From a virus: 64,000 bases of DNA. The first letter of the stretch is position 1. Every line of letters begins with the position of its first letter. The stretch lies in the IMG/VR virus record IMGVR_UViG_3300045963_000101, one strand, 5' to 3'. Of the stretch, positions 48,188 through 56,446 are shown piece after piece. Both the position numbers and the translations under genes were made by a program. Under the pieces are notes generated by a model. It saw only the letters and a list, made by a program, of their open reading frames with translations. It did no database searches and was not told the DNA's origin.

Positions 48188-49086
48188 TATTTACCTCCAA
48201 AGAGTTCTGGCAAGATTGCTTTTACACGAGTGATTGTCAGGGTATTTAGCGTACGGAAATCGATCTTAGGGTTCTTATGCTTTTTCAGGATTTCCCACAT
48301 TTCTTCTGTGATGAGGTCATGGTAGACAGTATTGAGCAGCTGAGGGATATTCTTTGCTGAGAACAAACCATGCTCATTACGAATTTTTTCCAGAACTTTA
48401 GTTACAACATGCTCTGTTACGAATTCAGTAGCAATCTCTTCTTCAATCATTTTGTTTACAATGACTGAACCACCCATTTCTGCCACATGCTTATCTTTGA
48501 AGGTGTTTGTAATGAGTTTGGCCCACACAGTATGTCCAAAACGGTTTGTGAAGTCATAGCGTTTGATGACAATACCCTCACCATGACCTGAGTTTTCCTG
48601 AAGCAGATATTTGTTTCGCTCTGTCTCAGTTACAAGCTGTTCATACAATGGGTTAGTCATTATAGCTACACATGGAATGAATTCTACGTTGAAGTTCTTT
48701 AGCATTACACTATATTGGTCGTAATGCAGGAAGTTTCCGCGTGGGTCTACAACGTCGAAGATATAGAATTTACGCCATGCATCTTCGCGGTACGTCTTCA
48801 GGGAATGAGGCACAAGCCATTCACCGTAGAAGGTATATCCTTTGTACGTCTTGCAGAGATCTTGCAGGTTGTTATTTTGAGACACATGCAGTGCGAATCC
48901 TGCGTTATCATCTCCTAAAGCAAGGTCACGGTTACGGGAGCCATAACGCATTTGTTGGCTAAGAGGATCCCATTGAATACGACCGTTAGTACCGTCGAGT
49001 TTAGGGAAGATATAACATTTACCTACATTGATTTCGTCAACAGCATCAGTACCGTATCGTTCTAGATGGATGTATTTTTCAAACAT
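48187..49086 (-). CDS. RNA ligase (Rnl2-like)
   Basis: PKLDGTN, FYGEW, FYIFDV, GEGIVIK, AKL motifs without an OB domain. Confidence 0.85.
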   Translation of the reverse strand: MFEKYIHLERYGTDAVDEINVGKCYIFPKLDGTNGRIQWDPLSQQMRYGSRNRDLALGDDNAGFALHVSQNNNLQDLCKTYKGYTFYGEWLVPHSLKTYREDAWRKFYIFDVVDPRGNFLHYDQYSVMLKNFNVEFIPCVAIMTNPLYEQLVTETERNKYLLQENSGHGEGIVIKRYDFTNRFGHTVWAKLITNTFKDKHVAEMGGSVIVNKMIEEEIATEFVTEHVVTKVLEKIRNEHGLFSAKNIPQLLNTVYHDLITEEMWEILKKHKNPKIDFRTLNTLTITRVKAILPELFGGK

Positions 49087-49087
49087 A

Positions 49088-49693
49088 TTATTTACGAAGG
49101 TTATTAGAGAGGTTATAGTAGAGAGGACTCATTGTTGTTTTGAGTTGAAGCAATAGCATGGTTTCAAGCTCAAGCATTTCCTGAGTAGAACCATACGCTA
49201 AGATAGTCCGGAGAAACCTTGTAGGGCATTCACCATGTTCATCCAAGAGTTGACTTGAACTACAAACGTATCCGTCATCAGGCTTCCCAGTGTGCATACC
49301 AATGTATTTACGATCGTCATCTTTGTTTACCCACATATAACAGAATGCTTGCTGATTTGAATGATTATACGCTTCTGTTTCATTGGGGACTTCGACGTTA
49401 TATTCACCCTTGATATGGTCTTGCCAAACCTCTTTGACATAAGCAACCATTGGTTCCCCTTTGGGTGCTCTCCATAACACCACGAAAGAAGGACTGCCTT
49501 CGTTTTCACAAAGGTATTCGTATACCCATTTATTGTGTAGACCTGAGTATTCCTTGCCAGCGATGGTAAGCTTGACCATTTCTTTAGAGGTTGCAGACGT
49601 ATATTTTTCGACTTCATCTACAGTACATTCATAGATGTCGAACAGCTTGTGGCTTCCGGCTACGAATCTTTTTACTGTCTTTACATGGTTCAT
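49088..49693 (-). CDS. Protein with C-terminal GIY-YIG nuclease domain
   Basis: FCYMWVN...KYIGMHTGKPDDGYVCSS...YYNL; start reassigned to ATG 49693 (AAGGA RBS). Confidence 0.75.
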   Translation of the reverse strand: MNHVKTVKRFVAGSHKLFDIYECTVDEVEKYTSATSKEMVKLTIAGKEYSGLHNKWVYEYLCENEGSPSFVVLWRAPKGEPMVAYVKEVWQDHIKGEYNVEVPNETEAYNHSNQQAFCYMWVNKDDDRKYIGMHTGKPDDGYVCSSSQLLDEHGECPTRFLRTILAYGSTQEMLELETMLLLQLKTTMSPLYYNLSNNLRK

Positions 49694-49786
49694 TTTTGTC
49701 CTTGTTTTGTTCAGCAAGCCAACGATTGTAGGCTGCATAATCGATTTCACCACGGTCATCGGTGAACATCTGTTTGAGTTTACCCA

Positions 49787-49966
49787 TCAGCAGACTCCTT
49801 CATAGTTAGTGTCTTCACCGTACTCCCATATGGGTTCACCTTTACGGGCATACTCGATGACATCAATATCGATATCATTATCATTGAAGGCAAATGCTGA
49901 GACGAACTTTCGTCCGTCCCATACATTTAAGATACCTTCTTTACAGCGTATCTCAACGAGTTTCAT
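49787..49966 (-). CDS. Hypothetical protein (59 aa), not in ORF track
   Basis: MKLVEIRCKEG...; TAATG coupling to the upstream gene. Confidence 0.55.
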   Translation of the reverse strand: MKLVEIRCKEGILNVWDGRKFVSAFAFNDNDIDIDVIEYARKGEPIWEYGEDTNYEGVC

Positions 49967-50766
49967 TAGTCAGGTGCTCCACTACCGAATTTATCGGAGA
50001 TAACTTTAGGTGTTTTATCTATCCAAGTTACGTTACGGGACACTGTGCCATACTTTTGACGGTCGTCATTTAACTTACCATGAAGACTACTATCCAGAAG
50101 GATAGCACAAGAGGCCATAAGATGACCAAGATGATGTACTTTGGAGTCATCAGCAAAATCCTCACCGTTATACCAGTCAGCCAGATGACGCATCATTGCA
50201 TCATAGAACACTGAGGCTGTTGATCCAGTTTCACGCCAGTTAAATCTGCCATACTTTTCTTTACCGTCACTCATTGCGGCACCCAAGGCAAAGAGAGCTA
50301 CTGGCGGGACGTCACTGAGTTTAGGCTTTTTAGCTGCAGCAGCAGTCTTGAGATTGGTGTCTACAAGGTTACTAGGGTGGTTTTCACCAAGTTTTACAGT
50401 AGGATTTCCTACTTGTACAGTTGTTGGGTTGGGCCATGCTGTAACAGCATTGTCAACCATGTCACGGTAGGATTGATTGATTGCAGCTTTTAGCTTAGGG
50501 TCAACTTTTTGGTATGATGCACTTTCAAGTGATTCACTCATTCGCATATCGTAGAAGTCTCCAAGGTAGTGTTCTATGTTTGTTCCATAGAGGGTCATTG
50601 ATGTTTCATCTGTAAAACGGATGATATAGTAACAGTCAGGATCCATATGGTAGTTGAATATGGAGTCTGGTCGATTACTTTGCAGGAGTTTACGATGTTT
50701 ACCTTCAGAGGTTTTGTACCACACTTCAATATGCTTAATACAATCAGGTAGTATATACATCGCCAT
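49966..50766 (-). CDS. dATP/dGTP diphosphohydrolase-domain protein (DUF5664-like) with N-terminal extension
   Basis: KPKLSDVPP...GKEKYGRFNWR...DAMMRHL...EDFADDSKVHHLGH. Confidence 0.8.
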   Translation of the reverse strand: MAMYILPDCIKHIEVWYKTSEGKHRKLLQSNRPDSIFNYHMDPDCYYIIRFTDETSMTLYGTNIEHYLGDFYDMRMSESLESASYQKVDPKLKAAINQSYRDMVDNAVTAWPNPTTVQVGNPTVKLGENHPSNLVDTNLKTAAAAKKPKLSDVPPVALFALGAAMSDGKEKYGRFNWRETGSTASVFYDAMMRHLADWYNGEDFADDSKVHHLGHLMASCAILLDSSLHGKLNDDRQKYGTVSRNVTWIDKTPKVISDKFGSGAPD

Positions 50767-51004
50767 TTTCCTTTTGTTTTAAATCTTCGTATGGTGCAGC
50801 TACACGACGATACAACTCAAGTTTACAACATTCAAGAGCACCAATCATTTCATTTACGTTTGCATAAGACAAACCATCACGTTTAAGATAGTTGTTTATT
50901 TGAGTGCTGATAACGAAGTTTAGTTCTCCGGCGTCGTTAGGGCACCATTCCAGAAGGAAGTAGTCTTGAACGTTTACACGTTTAATTTTATCTATATACG
51001 GCAT
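50744..51004 (-). CDS. Conserved helical protein
   Basis: GELNFVIS...YANVNEMIGALECCKLELYRRVAAPYED.K...NGDV family motif. Confidence 0.8.
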   Translation of the reverse strand: MPYIDKIKRVNVQDYFLLEWCPNDAGELNFVISTQINNYLKRDGLSYANVNEMIGALECCKLELYRRVAAPYEDLKQKENGDVYTT

Positions 51005-51005
51005 A

Positions 51006-51068
51006 TTAGTCTTTAAAGGAGATTAGATACCACACAACATAGGTGATCAGTACTATGCTGAGTGCCAT
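51006..51068 (-). CDS. 20-aa single-TM microprotein
   Basis: MALSIVLITYVVWYLISFKD; TGATG coupling upstream; stop 1 nt before the next ATG. Confidence 0.45.
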   Translation of the reverse strand: MALSIVLITYVVWYLISFKD

Positions 51069-51502
51069 CAGAGAAAGTATTCCTTTACAGCTTCACATGC
51101 GTCATAAACACTGTAGTGAATTTCTGTTGCATATTGGCTGATAAAGGGATGTACCCATTGGTTAGGCGCAAGAATTACGATGATGATTTTGTTTTTGGTA
51201 TGAGCGTGTGCAACTTCTGCCACGGTTCCCCATTTCTTTCCTCCAATGTTTTCACTGAGGTTTGCGAGTACAACTGTGCTGAAGGCGATATCCTGCAAGT
51301 CAGCTTTGAAGATTCGGGCGTCAGCGTGACGGACTGCGCCGGAAGACTCAAACGCAACCCTTCGGCACGGATCAAGAGTGTCGATGTCATATTTGCTTAG
51401 GTGTCCAAATGCTTCATTACGCCATTTAATTGCATCCTCCCATGGAATTCCTTCAATGGATCCTGCGAGATATACATGTTGGTTATGTGGGAAGTGTTTC
51501 AT
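51068..51502 (-). CDS. Nucleoside 2-deoxyribosyltransferase / nucleotide N-glycosidase family
   Basis: VYLAGSI, DLQDI...VVLAN, GTVAEVAHA (catalytic Glu). Confidence 0.8.
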   Translation of the reverse strand: MKHFPHNQHVYLAGSIEGIPWEDAIKWRNEAFGHLSKYDIDTLDPCRRVAFESSGAVRHADARIFKADLQDIAFSTVVLANLSENIGGKKWGTVAEVAHAHTKNKIIIVILAPNQWVHPFISQYATEIHYSVYDACEAVKEYFL

Positions 51503-51702
51503 GGTAGATATTTTCGTCCTATTGGTTCTAGTTGGAGATAAAGCTTTTCTATTGCACGACTTTCACCAGCAGACATTCCTGCTTGGAGACATCCTGTATG
51601 TGATGTTTTACCTAAACCTTTGAAGATGTCTTGAAATTCAGTTATGCTGAAAGTCATTTCAAGAGATATTATAATTTCGTCTGTTATATCAGTTATTAAC
51701 AT
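51499..51702 (-). CDS. Hypothetical protein
   Basis: Coupled small ORF. Confidence 0.6.
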   Translation of the reverse strand: MLITDITDEIIISLEMTFSITEFQDIFKGLGKTSHTGCLQAGMSAGESRAIEKLYLQLEPIGRKYLP

Positions 51703-51905
51703 TAGTGTGTTTCTGAGTTAAGAGATTCAATTTTAATTACAGGAGTGTTAACAGAGAAATGGTGTATTTGACCAATATCATCATAGCAAACGGAATACAT
51801 ACCGTCAAGATGATCAAGGAAAAATATTTCTTGATGTTCATGATTGAGTAGTTCTCCGTTGTCTATCTTGAAATGGTTCATTCGAGGTAATTCATAGAGT
51901 TTCAT
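51702..51905 (-). CDS. Hypothetical protein
   Basis: Coupled small ORF. Confidence 0.65.
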   Translation of the reverse strand: MKLYELPRMNHFKIDNGELLNHEHQEIFFLDHLDGMYSVCYDDIGQIHHFSVNTPVIKIESLNSETH

Positions 51906-52285
51906 CAGAATTCCTTTTCAATGGACAGGTGTAGTGCAGAAGCTCCAAAAGGGTTATAAGCAAGAGTTAGTCGGGTGAAGCCGATTTTAATGCTTGGTAG
52001 TACTGTTGGTACAGGATACTCTCGATACCCTGACATGAGGACATAGCTGAAGTCAACGTAGCGAGTAGTTTGTGTGGCTCCGAGATAGAAAGTCTGTTGC
52101 CGGACGCTATTGTAGTAGGTTCCGGCTGTGAATCCGTTGTTAGACCTATAGTAGACTCCGGGATTATCATTGTTATAACTTTCTTGGTCGTGGATGCTGC
52201 TAAGGTGCAACCCTATGGTGTCAGAATGGGACGTCTTCAAAAGACCCATTAAGCACAGACTGAATATCAGCAGCAGCTTGTACAT
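51905..52285 (-). CDS. Putative outer-membrane beta-barrel protein
   Basis: Start reassigned to ATG 52285 (GAGG RBS); signal peptide, alternating aromatic strands, YNNDNPG and YYNS motifs, C-terminal LSIEKEF with terminal Phe. Confidence 0.7.
   Translation of the reverse strand: MYKLLLIFSLCLMGLLKTSHSDTIGLHLSSIHDQESYNNDNPGVYYRSNNGFTAGTYYNSVRQQTFYLGATQTTRYVDFSYVLMSGYREYPVPTVLPSIKIGFTRLTLAYNPFGASALHLSIEKEF
52113..52127 (-). promoter_or_regulatory. Putative phage-RNAP promoter, class II motif AGCCGGAACCTACTA (intragenic)
   Basis: Exact consensus match, co-oriented, upstream of the nucleotide-metabolism cluster. Confidence 0.55.
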
Positions 52286-52454
52286 ATTGACCTCGCTTGT
52301 AAGTTTTACCAGTGATACCGGCGGCTGCATTGAGCATATTGGTGGGGGTATACATGCGGTTAGCTTTCATACCTGTTTCTGCGTAGAGAATCAGGGCATG
52401 TTTGATAACGACTGCACGATAACGAGCTACTTGTGGATTAATCGACATATTCAA
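52221..52454 (-). CDS. Hypothetical protein
   Basis: GAGG RBS; overlaps the next gene's start. Confidence 0.6.
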   Translation of the reverse strand: MNMSINPQVARYRAVVIKHALILYAETGMKANRMYTPTNMLNAAAGITGKTYKRGQYVQAAADIQSVLNGSFEDVPF

Positions 52455-52608
52455 CTACCTCGTAACGATATATAAGAGTTGGGAATCTTTTCTTTTGTTC
52501 AATGACGAATTTTACGGCAGATTCTTTAAACTTAAATACTTTTTCTACGCATTCAGGTTCATCTTCACCGTAATTCTCTTGGCTTACAACAACAAAGACA
52601 TTAGTCAT
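52438..52608 (-). CDS. Hypothetical protein
   Basis: Start reassigned to ATG 52608 (AAGGA RBS). Confidence 0.6.
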   Translation of the reverse strand: MTNVFVVVSQENYGEDEPECVEKVFKFKESAVKFVIEQKKRFPTLIYRYEVVEYVD

Positions 52609-52966
52609 CAGAATCCTTTTGATATGGCCTATAGATATACAACTTACATTGCTTGGCTGTACAGTTAGTGATGTCACTTCGGATATCACCGACACAACTA
52701 TTGCAGAAGTTTTTGATAGCTTGCATTGGCGATGTACGCTTTTGAAGCTTCTTCATTTCTTGCTCTTCTTTCCATGCTTCAAGAAACTTACCGCCTTTCT
52801 TCTCGGCGTAGGCTTTCTCTTTACGCCATTGAGCGAGTCCCGCCTGAGCCTTATCAATGACTTCTTGCGGTGGTCCTTTACGCTTAGTAACCCTCAAGCA
52901 CCCTGTCTTTACGGTCTTGATAGATTTGCTCGGCGCGATCGTATTTTGCGTTTTTACAGATTTCAT
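52601..52966 (-). CDS. Basic protein with C-terminal Cys4 zinc-finger-like motif (start uncertain)
   Basis: SPMQAIKNFCNSC...NCTAKQCKLYIYR. Confidence 0.65.
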   Translation of the reverse strand: MKSVKTQNTIAPSKSIKTVKTGCLRVTKRKGPPQEVIDKAQAGLAQWRKEKAYAEKKGGKFLEAWKEEQEMKKLQKRTSPMQAIKNFCNSCVGDIRSDITNCTAKQCKLYIYRPYQKDSDD

Positions 52967-53171
52967 CTTGGAGTTCGATGAGAGTTTCTGAGATGCGGTC
53001 AATGGTTGCTTGGTTGAGGATTTCAATAATATTGATTTTTTCATGGTATACACCGTTAATGATAATCTCTGCGGGATATCCGGGATCGTCGTATGTCATT
53101 TCCTCTTCAGGTGAGTAGTCGTATTCGACATCTAGCTCGATGTCCCATATGGTGATATTATAATTAGCCAT
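52884..53171 (-). CDS. Acidic hypothetical protein
   Basis: GAGG RBS; TAATG coupling. Confidence 0.65.
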   Translation of the reverse strand: MANYNITIWDIELDVEYDYSPEEEMTYDDPGYPAEIIINGVYHEKINIIEILNQATIDRISETLIELQDEICKNAKYDRAEQIYQDRKDRVLEGY

Positions 53172-54813
53172 TAAAATTCTTCCTCAATTGTTACTTTGAA
53201 GCCAAGTTCTTCTAGGATGATTTTCCATTTTTCAGTTTGGTTATCTTCTTGGTTGATAAAGAAGTATTTATCTTTGTTGTAACGCACAGAGATACCGTCA
53301 CATGCAAGACCTAATTCAATTTCTTTTTTATTACTCATTTGGCATACTCATTGCTTGGATCATCAGTTGCAGAGACTGCACGATAATCATTTGGCGTTGT
53401 GGATGGAGTTCATTCCATGGTGGTTGTGGTGAAGGCCACTTGGCGCATACTGCTGTGTAGAATCGTTCGACATCACTCATAGTAGATTTCCTCGTGGTTC
53501 TTTAAGTTTAATACTTTACGGGCGTACGCCAATTTACCTTCTTTGTTGAATTCTATCAAAGTACTGTTTGTCCAATACCACACGGTTTCAATTTTCCACC
53601 AGAATAGTATTTTCTTTTCTAGGTAGATTTTCTCTTGTAGATTCCCTACTCGAATCCTGTATTTGCTCTGCATACCATTTATCCAGTATATATTTGGAGT
53701 CAAGTCGAGTGATGAACCATCGCGCAAGACCTCGACTATAATCTTGCGAAAGACCGTTATCCCAGCCTGTTACCAGTAGATGTTTGATTTTGACCATACA
53801 ACAAAGCGTGCCATCAGGGTTGAAGCTCTTTCTTTTGCTTTTTCCAGAGCTTCTTGTTTTGATTCTCCGCTGCCATCTCTATCATAGTAATAGTCAGAAT
53901 CACGTTTCCACCACAGACCATACCACTTTTTGTATTCAAGTATATACTTGTCTTCGAGTGGAGAGTGTATTATGCGGGTTTCTTCGAATATACTCATAGG
54001 TATTTATCCCCAAGATATCGTCCGGCGTTGAATGCTATACTGACTGCATGCCAGATAAAACCTATAAGGATGATTGGTGCGAAGATTATTGTAAGGACAT
54101 TTTGTTTATTCATATCATCTCCGGATTACGACTTGGTACGCAAATGATTTGCTTGACACCTTTTTCTTCTTTGCTGATACTACCCATGGCTTTACCCACA
54201 GCCAAGCATAGACGTTCGGACTCGAACATTCCGGCTGGCATCCAACCAAAGTATTCTTTGCCGGACTGAGCATTAACTGTGATTAATTGGAAAACTAGAA
54301 GCAGGTACATAATGTGAGTTCTCTGTGTAGAATTGACCGTCAGGAAATACTTCGATTACGGGTGTTGTTAAGGCTACTACTGTGTTAGAACATTCAGGAT
54401 GGTTGAATGGGAAGACCAATGCACGTTCACCACTGCGGATGAACGGTGACTTTTCAGGATTGTAATACACTGTTTTCATTATCGACAATTCCTGCGGCAG
54501 ACTTGGATAGCTTCATTACGCGGATAGCATAACGAAGACGTCGGGCTTTGTCTTTACCGAATGCAATACGCTCTTTGACTTCTTTATATCGTTCAAAGTA
54601 GTATCCTGTTGCTACGGGTTTAGACTTATCAGCACCGGCCCAATAGAGACCTGCAAAGTATTTATCAATGCATAAGTTGTATTCTACTTCTTTCAGCTCT
54701 TTGATCAGGGCGTTATGTGCCAGAGAGAATACAGAGTGGAACTTAGCGTCTTTCATATTAGTCCTTTGAAATTTTGAGGTCAACACTTTCAGAGTAGTAA
54801 CCGTTGGATTCAC
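53171..54813 (-). other. Cluster of small hypothetical ORFs (53171-53338, 53473-53727, 53588-53797, 53770-53997, 54110-54310, 54273-54488, 54454-54813)
   Basis: Tightly packed minus-strand ORFs with RBS and overlap coupling; some starts uncertain. Confidence 0.55.
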
Positions 54814-55201
54814 CTAACCAGCGTAATGTCACAGAACCTTTGATGGTACGAAACTCGTAGAATGTCCATGTGTGGCTGTCTATATACTTACTTGGCGGGT
54901 TGTCCTCGTTACAGCGTTCTTCGGCAAGCAAGATTGGCGTGTTTAGTAGGTCATTAAGATTTCCGGTGATGTCTTCTAGGAATACATTTTCGCAACAAGC
55001 TTGTTCGTGATAGAATTTGAAGGTAAAACCGTCAGTTGATTTGAAGCAGATCTCACTATTGTTAAATTCACCAGTGATTTCATTGAATGTACGTCCTACC
55101 ATTTCTTGAAGATCGTTTTCAGTTGTGAATCCTATTTCATCTTTTTTGTCTGAGTGGTAGATATTGATTTTGCGATAATTCTCATCTTTAATTAGCATTT
55201 T
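54758..55201 (-). CDS. Conserved phage protein
   Basis: FYHEQACCENVFLEDI.G...DL...TWTFY.F.T.KG.V..RW.GESNGYYSE family motif; likely start ATG 55201 (AAGGA RBS). Confidence 0.75.
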   Translation of the reverse strand, partial: KMLIKDENYRKINIYHSDKKDEIGFTTENDLQEMVGRTFNEITGEFNNSEICFKSTDGFTFKFYHEQACCENVFLEDITGNLNDLLNTPILLAEERCNEDNPPSKYIDSHTWTFYEFRTIKGSVTLRWLGESNGYYSESVDLKISKD

Positions 55202-55217
55202 GTGTCCTTTGATAACT

Positions 55218-55249
55218 GGAAAAGAAAACCCCAAGTGTTACCTTGGGGT
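55218..55249 (-). terminator. Intrinsic terminator after ssb
   Basis: Minus strand ACCCCAAG-GTAACA-CTTGGGGT followed by TTTCTTTT. Confidence 0.8.
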
Positions 55250-55263
55250 GTATATTCTATGGA

Positions 55264-55824
55264 TTAGAATGGGATGTCGTCTTCATCTTGTTCGTCAGCT
55301 GCTGGTTTTGCCTTACTTTTTGCAGCTGCCTTTTTAGCAGGAGCAGGACTATCTTCCATGTCAAAGTCAGTGAAGTTTTCACCACCGGACTTTTCGAAGA
55401 TGACCAGATTAGTAACCTGTACTGCAGTCAGCATTGTTTGAGTGCCTGACTTAGTTACTTTACCAGTCTTAGGGTGCTTGATTTCATAGTCTTTGAGCAT
55501 CAGCATGACATTACCAGTAGAACCATTGCCGATAGACTTACTGTCCATAGGCTCTTTAGCACTATCAACTACACGGACTTTAGCCGCTGGACTACCATCA
55601 GCCTTCTCAGACTTTTTGCGGAAGTTGATTGAGACGGTACCATCATCCTGTTCTTTGATTTTACCAAACTCTTCCAGTTCAGCCTTACGCTTTTTGGGTA
55701 CACGCACTTGAATTTCCCATTGTTGGGCATCTCCGGCGAAGTTGTCTACTGGCTTATCCAGCTTGGCCCAAAAGAGGGTTACATTTTTGAGGATGACATT
55801 ACGGGGTTCGAATTGATTTGACAT
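55264..55824 (-). CDS. ssb: Single-stranded DNA-binding protein (T7 gp2.5-like)
   Basis: LFWAKL, VQVTNLV, acidic tail DEQDEDDIPF; likely start ATG 55824. Confidence 0.85.
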   Translation of the reverse strand: MSNQFEPRNVILKNVTLFWAKLDKPVDNFAGDAQQWEIQVRVPKKRKAELEEFGKIKEQDDGTVSINFRKKSEKADGSPAAKVRVVDSAKEPMDSKSIGNGSTGNVMLMLKDYEIKHPKTGKVTKSGTQTMLTAVQVTNLVIFEKSGGENFTDFDMEDSPAPAKKAAAKSKAKPAADEQDEDDIPF

Positions 55825-55934
55825 TGATTTGCTTTCAGAAGGACGTTGAGTGAGAGTTTTAGGAGAGAAACGAGTGTTAGAAGTAACCATGATTTAGACG
55901 GAGCCTTAAAGATATATTTTACAAAGGATTAAAA

Positions 55935-56324
55935 ATGAAAGTATCACCTAACTCGCTTAAGAACCTCAAATTGATTACTTCGGAGACTGCTCGTGAGAAT
56001 CAAAAGAAGTCAGTACAGAGTCGGCTGTTAAATCTTGAACTGCAACAACAATTTAAGGTTACAGCTAAAGCATTTATGAAGATCAAAGAAGATCTTCCAG
56101 ACATTACGGCATTGGATATATTAAAGATGGCTATGCACTTGGCTCTCCAAGAAGATAAGATGGATGATGCTGCAAGATATGCTGCTCAGATTGCAGAGTA
56201 TGAACAACCTAAGCTTCAACGGATAGACCAGTCAGTTACGACTAAGACCGCTGACCTCTCTGATGAAGAGCTTTTGGCTATCATTGAGCAGGAAGGCTTG
56301 CAGAAGATTCCTAATGAAGAATAA
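55935..56324 (+). CDS. Putative terminase small subunit
   Basis: NLKLITSETARENQKKS N-terminus, AEYEQPKL, DLSDEELLAII; AAGGA RBS; only + gene in the - arm. Confidence 0.6.
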   Translation: MKVSPNSLKNLKLITSETARENQKKSVQSRLLNLELQQQFKVTAKAFMKIKEDLPDITALDILKMAMHLALQEDKMDDAARYAAQIAEYEQPKLQRIDQSVTTKTADLSDEELLAIIEQEGLQKIPNEE

Positions 56325-56338
56325 TCAGTAGGAATTCT

Positions 56339-56420
56339 TAAAGGTATTTAATGATTTATTGTTATTAATTACCTTTATAATCCTTATAAGGATATCCTAA
56401 AGAAGAATTAATCTTTAGGA
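56339..56420. other. AT-rich cluster of overlapping inverted repeats/palindromes
   Basis: Hairpin 56339-56377, perfect palindrome ATCCTTATAAGGAT, AGGATATCCT, and TCCTAAAGA/TCTTTAGGA. Confidence 0.75.
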
Positions 56421-56426
56421 AGTCCC

Positions 56427-56441
56427 TATTAGGTACCGGCT
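56427..56441 (-). promoter_or_regulatory. Putative phage-RNAP promoter, class II motif AGCCGGTACCTAATA(GGGA)
   Basis: Intergenic exact copy pointing toward ssb and the replication genes; followed by GGGA as in T7-type initiation sites. Confidence 0.7.
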
Positions 56442-56446
56442 AGGAT

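Noticed and set aside
49966-50766. Z-genome (2-aminoadenine) system suggested by the dATP/dGTP diphosphohydrolase
   Set aside because: No PurZ (adenylosuccinate synthetase-like) or DatZ HD gene was seen in the window, and this domain is widespread on its own.
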